This document shows positions 17,601 through 26,984 of a DNA stretch of 64,000 nucleotides, in pieces (the first letter of the stretch is position 1; each line of letters begins with the position of its first letter). The position numbers were made by a program, and so were the translations under genes. Under the pieces are notes generated by a model. That model was given only the letters and a program-made list of their open reading frames with translations. It ran no database searches and had not been told where the DNA came from. Origin of the DNA: an uncultured Candidatus Saccharibacteria bacterium (GTDB lineage: Bacteria; Patescibacteriota; Saccharimonadia; CAILAD01; BJGX01); NCBI GenBank assembly GCA_964552475.1, contig CAZKFZ010000005.1, positions 6,224-70,223 of the forward strand, given 5' to 3'.

Positions 17601-18124
17601 CTTAATGTTGAGACTCCATAAAAGTTCTTCTGATACTGCAAAGTAGATTTATTACTAGGGTTGTAGTAAGTGAGAGTAAAGCTTATATCTATTGAGTCTC
17701 TACCACCACTAATCGCCTTGTTGGTAAAACTCAAGTTACTAACGCTTACTCTAGAGCTAGTTAAGTATTCGGGGCTTGCACTACCAACTTTCATACGCAT
17801 CTTATTTACATTTTGGTCGATTGCGGTGTCGAATATCGTTGGGTTATTTGTAGCAGTAGTTGTATTAAGTGATAAGCTAGATGACGAATTGCCTACCGAA
17901 GGATTATTTATGGTGCTAGCATTGCGAAGGCTCTGGGTGATACTCGATATTATCAACCGTCCCTGAGCATCAACCTCTTGGTTTATTTGGTTTTGAATAC
18001 GTTGATTGGTAATCGAGACCGCCACAGCAAGTATTGATCCAATAATAAGTGAAAATACCGTAATATAAAGTAGCATTTCAATTATTGTGTAGCCTTTTTG
18101 ATTGTCTTTATCAATGTGTTTCAT
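17597..18124 (-). CDS. Type IV minor pilin / pseudopilin
   Basis: Prepilin motif NQKG/YTIIEMLLYITVFSLIIG. Confidence 0.7.
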   Translation of the reverse strand: MKHIDKDNQKGYTIIEMLLYITVFSLIIGSILAVAVSITNQRIQNQINQEVDAQGRLIISSITQSLRNASTINNPSVGNSSSSLSLNTTTATNNPTIFDTAIDQNVNKMRMKVGSASPEYLTSSRVSVSNLSFTNKAISGGRDSIDISFTLTYYNPSNKSTLQYQKNFYGVSTLR

Positions 18125-18137
18125 GCTTTAATCATCC

Positions 18138-19925
18138 TTAGTTATCCCACGCAAAATCAAACCATACGGCATCGTTGGTTGGCCCACTGGACAGGTGATT
18201 AGTCCATGCCTTACCCGATGGAGTAGTAAATAGAGCGTTGGTAGTACCGTCTAAAACAACTGAGTATAGATTACGGAAAGCATCTGATACCATCACCATC
18301 GTTTCGTCAGCATTTGGTCTTCCCACTATTCGTGTTTTTCCAATATTATCACTGGCGTTTGGAAGAGCGATAGCACTATTCGCCCATGAGTTAATACTAC
18401 TATTGTATATTTTTAACTTACCGCTTCTAGTATTATCAGAGTACGCGATAACCCCATCGTTAGAATTAACGTATTTATAAGCAACATCAAAGGTTATTTG
18501 ACCTCCATAGTCGGTATTGTTGGTAATTAAGTTATTTGTAGGCGTAACAAAACCAACTCCAACAGGATTAATTTCATAGCAAAATATTGAACCAGGATTG
18601 ATATCGCTTTTAGCGCATGCAATAAGTTCATTTGCGGTGTTGGGTCTAGAAATTTGACGTATAGAAATAATTGATTGTCCAGATGGAATATTGCTACTAG
18701 TAATAACCGAGCCCCAACTACCCGACCCGCTACCATCAATAGTGAATGTTTGAGCGCGCAATGCACGATCATTGGCGGATGTGGTATATATTACAGTTCC
18801 TTGGCTGGTATTAACATTACTCCAGTCAAAATCTACAAGTAGCGAACCATTACCGGCTGAGCTATTAGTGTGTTGAGTGTATGTTGACCATACACTATTA
18901 GAATAGAAACTAGTGTTTACTTTATAATCATTTGTTAAAAAAACCGTCATCATATCATTAGATGCAGGTCTAGCTTTTATCATCATTGCGGTAATGTAAT
19001 TATTGCTAGAACCAATCTGACCCAAACCAACCTCCGGACCCCATGTAGCACCATTAAATGATCTCGATTTGGGATTATTACTCCCATCAGAATAGACAGC
19101 CACAAACGAACCGTCGGCCAAGAAATCTCCTCCGTAATTACCTGAGTTTAGTGCGCTACTAGACGTCCACTGAGCTAGTAATTGTGGAGTTGCCCAACTA
19201 GAGCCGTTCCAAGCTGTAGCATACATATACTGCTTAGTGCCATCATAGTGGCGAGAAACCATCATTTTTGCCGAACCAGTTTGAGCAGAATAGAGTTTTA
19301 GAGAACGCGGTACTCTATTATTTGTGGTAGTACTCACATCTGGTATTACAGTCTGGGCCGTCCACGACCCAGTGGTTAACAACTGCCTAAACTCCATTCT
19401 GTCAGTTGTGGTACCGCCATCGGCATAGACAAAAAGTCCACTCTTAATGGGGGCTGAGGTTGGTTGTCTCCAGTTAGCGAAATACATTACAACACTGAGT
19501 GAAGAACTGACTACCAGAGTGCGTTGCCAGCTCACTGTGACTGTAACTTTTCGTGAGCCATTTGGTCCATCACTAAAATTAACTATTCTAGTATATTTAC
19601 TATCTACTAGCTGAGGAATTGTAGTTAGCTGCCACTGGTTGTTGATAGAACTAATATAATAATTAGTACCGTTTGAATAGCTAGATAAATTGGAGTAGTT
19701 GGGATTGGCAATATTACGTACCACCTCCAGACCAGCACTAGATAGCTCAGTAGCCCTTGTACGCTCTCCGGCTTGTCTTACCCCATCTCGGCCGTATATA
19801 AAAGAACTCAACATTACCGTACCAAAGAGTGCAAATATTGCTACGGCCAATAAAATCTCTATCAAACTAAATCCCATTGGCATCGATGTAGCTGTAAGAT
19901 TTTTTGATGTCATGCTAATACTCAA
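18138..19925 (-). CDS. Giant prepilin-type protein (595 aa), candidate tip-associated minor pilin or adhesin
   Basis: N-terminal MPMG/FSLIEILLAVAIFALFG class III signal, followed by a ~560-aa Ser/Thr/Asn-rich beta-type domain. Confidence 0.7.
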   Translation of the reverse strand: MSISMTSKNLTATSMPMGFSLIEILLAVAIFALFGTVMLSSFIYGRDGVRQAGERTRATELSSAGLEVVRNIANPNYSNLSSYSNGTNYYISSINNQWQLTTIPQLVDSKYTRIVNFSDGPNGSRKVTVTVSWQRTLVVSSSLSVVMYFANWRQPTSAPIKSGLFVYADGGTTTDRMEFRQLLTTGSWTAQTVIPDVSTTTNNRVPRSLKLYSAQTGSAKMMVSRHYDGTKQYMYATAWNGSSWATPQLLAQWTSSSALNSGNYGGDFLADGSFVAVYSDGSNNPKSRSFNGATWGPEVGLGQIGSSNNYITAMMIKARPASNDMMTVFLTNDYKVNTSFYSNSVWSTYTQHTNSSAGNGSLLVDFDWSNVNTSQGTVIYTTSANDRALRAQTFTIDGSGSGSWGSVITSSNIPSGQSIISIRQISRPNTANELIACAKSDINPGSIFCYEINPVGVGFVTPTNNLITNNTDYGGQITFDVAYKYVNSNDGVIAYSDNTRSGKLKIYNSSINSWANSAIALPNASDNIGKTRIVGRPNADETMVMVSDAFRNLYSVVLDGTTNALFTTPSGKAWTNHLSSGPTNDAVWFDFAWDN

Positions 19926-20370
19926 TTACTCCTTTTGAGCTAATTGTGATGGTTTTGTTGTCACCCTTGTTTACAACGGTAACAGCACCTGGTACAGATA
20001 ACTTTCCACTAAATTTATCAAAAACAAATTCAGTTTGACCAGAAAAAGTAATAGATGAGGTAAAAGGATAAACCTCATCCTTGCTTTGATTTCTACTTGC
20101 ATAGCTATTTCCCTGGAATATTGTAATGCTGCCATTTTGCACGCGCACACCCCAGTTGCCATCATTCTCACCCGCGCGTGCTAAGCTTTGAGCACGATAC
20201 ATATCTTGAACAATAATACTACTAATTACTTCTAAATCGTTTCGCAACACATAACGCTGAAGTACTGGTGCTGTTACCATTAGAATTATAGAAATTATTC
20301 CAATAGAAAGCATTAGCTCAATTAAGGTGAAGCCGTATTTATGTCTAAGAAGGTATTTTTTAAAAACCAT
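19915..20370 (-). CDS. GspH/FimT-like pseudopilin
   Basis: Prepilin motif HKYG/FTLIELMLSIGIISIIL; 151 aa. Confidence 0.7.
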   Translation of the reverse strand: MVFKKYLLRHKYGFTLIELMLSIGIISIILMVTAPVLQRYVLRNDLEVISSIIVQDMYRAQSLARAGENDGNWGVRVQNGSITIFQGNSYASRNQSKDEVYPFTSSITFSGQTEFVFDKFSGKLSVPGAVTVVNKGDNKTITISSKGVIEY

Positions 20371-20375
20371 ATCAA

Positions 20376-21563
20376 TTATTTTATCCCTCCAAGCAAACCA
20401 TATATCGGCAATATTACCGATAATGCAATAAACAATACACCTACCGCAATAGCAATTAGGATAATAGGCTCTAACACAGTTTCTAAGTTCTCGGCCGTTA
20501 TCTCTACCTTCTCTTCATAAGTACTGCTAATTTTGAGCAAAGTATCGGAAAGGTTGCCCGACTGTTCAGAGCTAACAATAAGTTGTCTTATTGGTCCAGG
20601 CAGAGCTTTTCTATCTGGAATCTTCTCTAGAGTAGTAGCCAGAGACTGACCTTCTTCTACATTGATTCTAATAATTTTTGCAATATTGCTATACCTTTCT
20701 GTAGCAAAAGAATCTACTAAAGAGTCGAGCACATCTACAATTGGTAGGCCGGCCTCTAATAGTGAGCCCATGATAAAGCCAAACCTAGAAATTTCGGATT
20801 GATAAATAAGAGTTTTTACGCCAGGAATAACATAGAGTACTTTCTCGGCTAAAGTTCTGATAGGTTTTACATAAGCAATACCCATACCAATAATAAAAAC
20901 TACCACCACAAAAAGACCCGACAATAGTAATCCCCAGTGCGACCAAAACAGCCCAAAGCCAATCATTACTTTTGTAAGTAAGTTTAGTTCTACATCTAAA
21001 CCTTCAAATATTTCTGCTAATCTTGGCAATAGAAATAAGCTTATACCACTACCAACTATTAGCATAAGCACCACAAGAAATGTAGGATAAATAAGTGCTG
21101 AACGCACTTTAGAGTTAATCATGTTAATTCTGTGGGTTTGCTCAGAAACAACTTTTAAGTTCTCAGATAGTCGTCCAGACTCTTCACCGGCCCTAATTAA
21201 TGCGACCGAAGAGGCGTTTAACATACCCGACTCACCTATGGCCCGCCATAACGTGCCACCCTCGTCTACTTTATCGCGCATAGCAAGGATTGCTGCCTTA
21301 ACTTTTTTTGTAGGTGCTTCCTTACTAAGTATTTCAAGTGAGAGACCTACAGTTACTCCTGTAGATATTAGCATGCTCAAAGTCTCGGTAAAATACTCTC
21401 GGGCATCTCTGCTAACGGCGTGCTTGGTAAGTGGTTTAGATTTAGTTTTTTTCTCTACAACTTCGCCCGATTTTTTTTCTACAGTAATTTTGGACTCGTC
21501 TTTAGATGGCCCATCATTACTTACACCGTCCACTTTTATAGGATTATTTTGGTTCGGCGACAC
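20376..21563 (-). CDS. pilC: Type IV pilus inner-membrane platform protein PilC (GspF family)
   Basis: GspF-domain repeats (sequences in the pilus-locus finding); 3 TM; sits downstream of pilB. Carries a Lys-rich N-terminal extension. Confidence 0.85.
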   Translation of the reverse strand: MSPNQNNPIKVDGVSNDGPSKDESKITVEKKSGEVVEKKTKSKPLTKHAVSRDAREYFTETLSMLISTGVTVGLSLEILSKEAPTKKVKAAILAMRDKVDEGGTLWRAIGESGMLNASSVALIRAGEESGRLSENLKVVSEQTHRINMINSKVRSALIYPTFLVVLMLIVGSGISLFLLPRLAEIFEGLDVELNLLTKVMIGFGLFWSHWGLLLSGLFVVVVFIIGMGIAYVKPIRTLAEKVLYVIPGVKTLIYQSEISRFGFIMGSLLEAGLPIVDVLDSLVDSFATERYSNIAKIIRINVEEGQSLATTLEKIPDRKALPGPIRQLIVSSEQSGNLSDTLLKISSTYEEKVEITAENLETVLEPIILIAIAVGVLFIALSVILPIYGLLGGIK

Positions 21564-23316
21564 GCATTAACTCCTCTAGGGTTGATCTACCATTTTGTAC
21601 TTTTATTATCCCGTCTTCAAACAACGTACGGGCGCCTTCTTTTCTAGCTTGATCCCATATTAGTTTGCTAGATGGATTTTTGACTATCAACTCTTTAATT
21701 GCTGGCGACACTACTAGTATTTCGTATAAAGCTACCCTGCCTTTGTAGCCTGAGTAATTACAAGACTCACAACCCTCACCATAATAAAGTGTCACTTGAG
21801 GTCTTTTGAAATACATTTCGGCATGAGGAATCTTTTTTTGTATGTCACTAAGATTTACCAAGTAACTTTTTCTACAAGTAACACAAATGGTTCGCATTAA
21901 TCGTTGGGCAATTACGGCGTTTAGAGTGGATGAAAGTAAGAATGGCTCTACTCCCATATCTATAAAACGAGGTATTGCCGTTGCAGAGTCGTTGGCGTGA
22001 AAAGTTGAGAATAGTAAGTGTCCGGTTAACGCTGCATTTACGGCCATTTTGGCTGTCTCTTTGTCGCGAATTTCACCAACTAAAATTATGTCGGGGTCTT
22101 GTCGAACAATAGTTCTTAAACCCTCGGCAAAAGTAAGGTTTGTAGCACGGTTTACCTGTATTTGATTCACGCCAAAGAGTTTGTACTCTACAGGGTCTTC
22201 TATGGTGGTGATATTTATATCTGAGCTGTTTAGTTGTTTGAGCATAGCATAAAGCGTAGTCGTCTTACCCGAGCCAGTTGGCCCGGTAGTCACTATCATA
22301 CCAAATGGTCTGTGCATTTGAGTTTCAATCAGTTTAAGATCAAAGACATTAAAACCAAGGTTTTTGAAGTTGAGGTTTTTGGAGTTACCTGCGAGCAATC
22401 TAAGAGCAACCTTCTCTCCATTGAGTGTAGGAACAATAGAAATACGAATATCTACAGATTCTTCATCTACACTATAGCGTATAGCACCATCTTGGCTAGC
22501 GCCGTGTTCGTCTATTCGCATTCTAGCCTGCACCTTCAATCTATTTAAGACATTTTCGTAATACTGAATAGGTATTTGACCAGCTTCACGCAATACACCA
22601 TCAATACGAAACCTTATTAAAACGACTTTTTCTTCTGGCTCAAAATGAATATCACTCACATCAAACACAATAGCATCTTTAATAATTTCGTCTATTATTT
22701 CTGGCGCAACACGTTCTTGCTCTTGAATTATTTGGTTAAATCGCGTAGCTAGTGGCTTACGGTAATGCGCCAAAATCACGTCAATATCGTCACTTAGTGA
22801 GTATGCAATAGATACCGGTAGGCCATTGGTGTAGGTAGCTAGCTTTTCTTTTAGGCCTACTTGGCCGGGCTCGTCGGTAACAAAAACGGCTCTAGTTTTG
22901 TCTACATAATAAAATATTACTCGGTTTTCAGTTGTGACATTTTTAGGTATTTTAAGTACCAAATCCTTGGGGGGTTGATTGTTTTCTAAATCTATATAGG
23001 AGGTGTTGTAATAGTTGGCTAGAGTTTGGCCAATAAAATCTTTATTGACGATATTTTGAGATATCAAATAATCTATAAAGTTAATGTTGTGTAGCTTGGT
23101 AATGTGCTCAATAGTATCTAGCTGTTTTTGAGAAATCTTATTTTGGCTAAGCATAGCCTCTTTAATACGCTTGGCCGTATTAATTCTAGAGTTCTGGGCT
23201 TCTTCAATAGTTACGCCTTGAGCAGCAGTAACTTTTGGCTTCTGACTGCTCTCGTCTTTTGTAGCATTTTGATCAACTACATCTGAAGATTTGGGGGATT
23301 GATTTGTTTTATCCAT
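21544..23316 (-). CDS. pilB: Type IV pilus assembly ATPase PilB (GspE family)
   Basis: Walker A GPTGSGKTT; Asp and His boxes; C-terminal tetracysteine CVTCRKS...CESCNYSGYKGR; 590 aa. Confidence 0.9.
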   Translation of the reverse strand: MDKTNQSPKSSDVVDQNATKDESSQKPKVTAAQGVTIEEAQNSRINTAKRIKEAMLSQNKISQKQLDTIEHITKLHNINFIDYLISQNIVNKDFIGQTLANYYNTSYIDLENNQPPKDLVLKIPKNVTTENRVIFYYVDKTRAVFVTDEPGQVGLKEKLATYTNGLPVSIAYSLSDDIDVILAHYRKPLATRFNQIIQEQERVAPEIIDEIIKDAIVFDVSDIHFEPEEKVVLIRFRIDGVLREAGQIPIQYYENVLNRLKVQARMRIDEHGASQDGAIRYSVDEESVDIRISIVPTLNGEKVALRLLAGNSKNLNFKNLGFNVFDLKLIETQMHRPFGMIVTTGPTGSGKTTTLYAMLKQLNSSDINITTIEDPVEYKLFGVNQIQVNRATNLTFAEGLRTIVRQDPDIILVGEIRDKETAKMAVNAALTGHLLFSTFHANDSATAIPRFIDMGVEPFLLSSTLNAVIAQRLMRTICVTCRKSYLVNLSDIQKKIPHAEMYFKRPQVTLYYGEGCESCNYSGYKGRVALYEILVVSPAIKELIVKNPSSKLIWDQARKEGARTLFEDGIIKVQNGRSTLEELMRVAEPK

Positions 23317-23348
23317 ATATAAAGCTAAATAACCTCAATTCCGGTTAT

Positions 23349-23381
23349 GTTAATTATACCCCATGGCGGGGCATAATTAAC
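23349..23381. promoter_or_regulatory. 14-bp inverted repeat with one mismatch (gttaattatacccc atggc ggggcataattaac) lying between the membrane-protein gene and the pilB start
   Basis: Read directly from the sequence. Stable stem-loop or operator-like palindrome in the pilB upstream region. Confidence 0.45.
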
Positions 23382-23415
23382 CAATAAAACACAATTTTTT
23401 TACTTCAACATTTTG

Positions 23416-24273
23416 TTATAAATGGTGTTTGTTAGTAGCAACTCTTGCTAAAGCCAAAAGCGCAATCGTGCCAAGACCAAATAGCGCAATAAGCGACATT
23501 GGCTCGGTAATAGTAGTAGGCTTTGCAGTTAGTAAAGGACTTAAGACTACAGATACTACAGGTATTATAAACAACACAATTGGCTCTGTTAGAAACCTTC
23601 GGCTTGGCAGTGCACTTAGGTTGGGTGATTTAGTAATATAGCCAAGTATTAGCGATATGATTAAAAACAATACTACAGTCTCCCCTAACCAACCAGTAAA
23701 GTTCTGGTATGGCACACCAAAAAATATTCCACCTTGGGTCCATATATATATCTTATCGACAGTTGAGTTAATGGGGTCATTGGCCAGATCGGATAGTGTC
23801 ATAAGCATACCGCTTAGCAAGCTTAGTATTACTATTTCTAAGCCCTTTACCAACTTGAGCCACCCCAATATTATTCTAATTACTAGATAACTACTATAGG
23901 CTAAACTAAAGTATGTGAGCATTAAAAGAACCGGTACGCCACCTAGCAAAGGACCATTGCCTATTAGATTGTAGTAGTACGAACCAAAAATGTGGCCGGT
24001 ATTGACACCCAAGTACTCGGCTATAAAAGTAACAATGTAAGTAACCACAAAAAATATGAGTATATTTTTACCCCCCAAATACCTAGCGCCATGCAAGAAC
24101 ACAAAGATTGCCGGCAACAAGTAGATTATTAGGGCAAGTGGGCCAGCAATAGTTGGTAGCAGAGCGGTAATTAATAGTGTTACTAATATTACCCAGCGCA
24201 GTGGCGCAAATTTATCGTGCTGCTTAGGGCGCTTTGATGTCGCTTGTGCTTTCATTTGTTTAAATTGTAGCAC
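23416..24273 (-). CDS. 8-TM integral membrane protein of unknown function
   Basis: 285 aa, many hydrophobic helices; no CxxC pairs, so it is not a PilD prepilin peptidase. Confidence 0.5.
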   Translation of the reverse strand: MLQFKQMKAQATSKRPKQHDKFAPLRWVILVTLLITALLPTIAGPLALIIYLLPAIFVFLHGARYLGGKNILIFFVVTYIVTFIAEYLGVNTGHIFGSYYYNLIGNGPLLGGVPVLLMLTYFSLAYSSYLVIRIILGWLKLVKGLEIVILSLLSGMLMTLSDLANDPINSTVDKIYIWTQGGIFFGVPYQNFTGWLGETVVLFLIISLILGYITKSPNLSALPSRRFLTEPIVLFIIPVVSVVLSPLLTAKPTTITEPMSLIALFGLGTIALLALARVATNKHHL

Positions 24274-24338
24274 AAGTTAATATTTTAACTTAGTACACTT
24301 TAAAAAAACACATTCGTGTCTTTTTAAAAATAATTTCT

Positions 24339-24414
24339 GGCAGGGGTGGCAGGAGTCGAACCCGCGGCCTTTGGTTTTGGAGACCAACGCTCTAGCCAAC
24401 TGAGCTACACCCCT
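24339..24414 (-). tRNA. tRNA-Trp (anticodon CCA), CCA end encoded
   Basis: The reverse complement gives AGGGGTG TA GCTC AGTTGGCTA GAGC G TTGGT CTCCAAA ACCAA ... GCGGG TTCGACT CCTGC CACCCCT G CCA. This is a full cloverleaf with the anticodon loop CT-CCA-AA. Confidence 0.85.
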
Positions 24415-24481
24415 CTATTTATAGTGTTACTGATTTATTCTACCAGAAAAAAATAAAAAAATCTGCTTAAAACTATAGGTT

Positions 24482-24490
24482 TGGTATAAT
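24482..24490 (+). promoter_or_regulatory. Extended -10 promoter element (TGgTATAAT) positioned to give a leaderless mRNA for the 24497 orf
   Basis: tTGgTATAAT at 24482-24490 lies only 6 nt upstream of ATG 24497, with no RBS in between. Confidence 0.45.
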
Positions 24491-24496
24491 TATCCT

Positions 24497-25090
24497 ATGG
24501 AAAAATCACCAGAAAAAACAAAGCATTGGGAGGCGCTAAGCGAACACTATAAGAATGAGGTTGGTGACAAACTAGGTAGGGGTATCGACCCTTTGGCAGT
24601 TGAAGCTGTGGTTGGGTTAAATGCTCTAGGCTATACTACAAGCGGCTCGTGTGAAGGTCACCTAGACAGAGGCACCCGAGGACCCTACCTAGATGTTCAT
24701 TCAAGAGAAGCTGAGTTATTTATGCAGAAGTTTCAGAGATTTTGGGAAGAATTAGGTATAGTAGACATAGAATCTCAACTTGTTCAAAAATTAACACCCG
24801 ATCAAAAAGAAAAGTATAATCAGTTACAAGAAGAAAAAGATAGGATAGTATCCAAGTTAATTGAACCTATTCAAACTTTACTAGATGAATTTAATATTGG
24901 TTACCCATATAAAGAAGGTACTCAGTTTACTTATGAATTGGGCCCTGAATGGTTACGAATACAGCCGGCCGATATAGAAACCCAATATCAAAGAACCCCA
25001 GAAGAACAGGCTAAATATTTAGCTACATATCAAGATACTCTCAATGCATTTGGTGAGTTTCTTAAGAACAAATATTACCACCAAGCATAA
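24497..25090 (+). CDS. Hypothetical protein (197 aa), lone plus-strand gene
   Basis: ORF with a strong promoter-like element upstream. I recognise no motif. Confidence 0.5.
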   Translation: MEKSPEKTKHWEALSEHYKNEVGDKLGRGIDPLAVEAVVGLNALGYTTSGSCEGHLDRGTRGPYLDVHSREAELFMQKFQRFWEELGIVDIESQLVQKLTPDQKEKYNQLQEEKDRIVSKLIEPIQTLLDEFNIGYPYKEGTQFTYELGPEWLRIQPADIETQYQRTPEEQAKYLATYQDTLNAFGEFLKNKYYHQA

Positions 25091-25095
25091 ATTTA

Positions 25096-26379
25096 TTACT
25101 TTATGAGAGGTGGTCGCTTACCAATATCGGTACGATATTGCATGCCTTTGAAGTGAATCTTTTTTACTGCTTTATAAGCTTTGGTAAGGGCTACCTCAAG
25201 AGTGTTACCAGTTGCCGTTACATTGAGTACTCTGCCACCGTTAGTAACTAATTTATCGCCGTCTAATCGGGTACCAGCATGGAATATTACTACCTCTTCA
25301 AGTTCTTCGGCCTCAGCTATTCCTGTTATAACTTCGCCTTTGTTATAGTCACCTGGGTATCCACCAGATGCCAATACAATACAACAAGCAAACTCGTCGG
25401 CCCACTCAATATTTTGTGAGGCTAGATCACCCTTAGCGCAGGCTATCAATATTTCTAGTAGATCACTTTTTAGTAGGCGCATATAGCTTTGGGTTTCGGG
25501 GTCGCCAAAACGAGCGTTATACTCTATAACATTATAACTTTGTTTAGTTAACATTAAGCCAGGGTAAAGCAAACCACTAAACTTACTATTTTTTGTTTTG
25601 AGTTCTTTAAGTATTGGGCCAACTAGTTGCTCACCTAGTTGTTCGGTTCGTTCATGGCTCAGCCATGGTACCGGAGCAATTGTACCCATACCGCCGGTAT
25701 TTAAGCCAGTATCTCCTTCACCAATAGGCTTATGATCTTGCGAACTAGGAAACATTACATAGTTGTTACCATCACTAATTGCGTGCAAACTCACCTCTTG
25801 ACCGTGCAAAAACTCTTCAATAATTACTACGTCACCAGACTTACCAAAAACCTTGTCTTTCATTATAGAACCAAGAGCTTTTTGGGCTTCTTTTTTGTTC
25901 TTACATATAACTACGCCTTTACCTAGGGCCAAGCCGTCGGCTTTTATTACAATAGGAAACTTAATATTATCTAAATACTCAACTGCTTTTTTGTGGTTAG
26001 TAAACTCTCTGTATCTTGCGGTATGTACACCCGCACTTTTCATGATATTCTTTGCAAACGACTTAGACGACTCAATTTGAGTGGCTTTTTTTGTTGGTCC
26101 AAAGACTAAAATATTATTCTCTATTAGGTCGTCGGCTAGCCCAGAGGCCAAAATATCATCGGGCCCGATTACTACAAGGTCTATTTTGTTTTGCTTGCAA
26201 ATGTCTATTATTTGTTTATGATCGGCTAAATTCAAACTTAAGTTTTTAGCCAACTCGCTGGTTCCGCCATTGCCTGGCGCTACAAATAAGCTATTTAGTT
26301 TGGACGATTGTTTTATTTTCCAGGCGATAGAGTGTTCTCTACCACCCGATCCTATTACCAATACATTGAGTTTCTTCAC
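25096..26379 (-). CDS. purD: Phosphoribosylamine--glycine ligase (GAR synthetase)
   Basis: N-terminal VLVIGSGGREHSIAWKI and an ATP-grasp core; 427 aa. Confidence 0.9.
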   Translation of the reverse strand: MKKLNVLVIGSGGREHSIAWKIKQSSKLNSLFVAPGNGGTSELAKNLSLNLADHKQIIDICKQNKIDLVVIGPDDILASGLADDLIENNILVFGPTKKATQIESSKSFAKNIMKSAGVHTARYREFTNHKKAVEYLDNIKFPIVIKADGLALGKGVVICKNKKEAQKALGSIMKDKVFGKSGDVVIIEEFLHGQEVSLHAISDGNNYVMFPSSQDHKPIGEGDTGLNTGGMGTIAPVPWLSHERTEQLGEQLVGPILKELKTKNSKFSGLLYPGLMLTKQSYNVIEYNARFGDPETQSYMRLLKSDLLEILIACAKGDLASQNIEWADEFACCIVLASGGYPGDYNKGEVITGIAEAEELEEVVIFHAGTRLDGDKLVTNGGRVLNVTATGNTLEVALTKAYKAVKKIHFKGMQYRTDIGKRPPLIK

Positions 26380-26606
26380 TTGGTTTTCTTACCCTCGCTA
26401 GTTTTTTTCATAAGCAAATAGAAAACCGAATAAATTAGTAAGCCAGGAACAATACCTGTAAGAATAATCAAGACTACAGCCCCCACTCTCACCCAGGCAG
26501 GATCTTGTTTGTAATATTCGGCTATACCACCGGTGACCCCTGTAAATTTAACGTCTTTTTTAGATAGTTTAATTTCTGTTCTTTGTTTTTTAGATTTGTG
26601 TGTCAT
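26376..26606 (-). CDS. PspC-domain membrane protein
   Basis: Motif GVTGGIAEYYKQDPAWVRVGAVVL matches the PspC domain. One TM. Four-nt overlap with the purD start. Confidence 0.6.
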   Translation of the reverse strand: MTHKSKKQRTEIKLSKKDVKFTGVTGGIAEYYKQDPAWVRVGAVVLIILTGIVPGLLIYSVFYLLMKKTSEGKKTK

Positions 26607-26726
26607 ATTGTCCTACTCGTTCTATAGCCGAATCAAAATTGTATTTTGATTCGAAAAGGAGATTTATTGCATAAGTTGTAGCAGAATTGTCTGACAATTT
26701 TGCGAAAACTCGAGCAATAAATCGAC

Positions 26727-26813
26727 GTGGTGCCGGGTGAGAGATTCGAACTCCCGAAGGCACAAGGCCGTCAGATTTACAGTCTGATGCGTTTAACCAC
26801 TTCGCTAACCCGG
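26727..26813 (-). tRNA. tRNA-Tyr (anticodon GTA), class II with a long variable arm, CCA encoded
   Basis: The reverse complement gives GCCGGGT TA GCGA AGTGGTTAAA CGC A TCAGA CTGTAAA TCTGA CGGCCTTGTGCCTTCG GGGAG TTCGAAT CTCTC ACCCGGC A CCA. Confidence 0.85.
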
Positions 26814-26831
26814 CATAAAATATAAAGTTAC

Positions 26832-26906
26832 TGGAGCCTCGAGCGAGGATTGAACTCGCGACCTCTTCCTTACCATGGAAGCGCTCTACCACTGAGCTAT
26901 CGAGGC
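26832..26906 (-). tRNA. tRNA-Thr (anticodon GGT)
   Basis: The reverse complement gives GCCTCGA TA GCTC AGTGGTA GAGC G CTTCC ATGGTAA GGAAG AGGTC GCGAG TTCAATC CTCGC TCGAGGC T CCA. Confidence 0.8.
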
Positions 26907-26907
26907 C

Positions 26908-26984
26908 TGGAGCCGATGGAGGGATTCGAACCCACGACCTGCTGTTTACAAAACAGCTGCTCTAACCAACTGAGCTACATCGGC
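26908..26984 (-). tRNA. tRNA-Thr (anticodon TGT)
   Basis: The reverse complement gives GCCGATG TA GCTC AGTTGGTTA GAGC A GCTGT TTTGTAA ACAGC AGGTC GTGGG TTCGAAT CCCTC CATCGGC T CCA. Confidence 0.8.

Noticed and set aside
23416-24273. Prepilin peptidase (PilD) assignment for the membrane protein next to pilB
   Set aside because: It lacks the paired CxxC zinc motif and the conserved Asp pair context of PilD/TadV peptidases.
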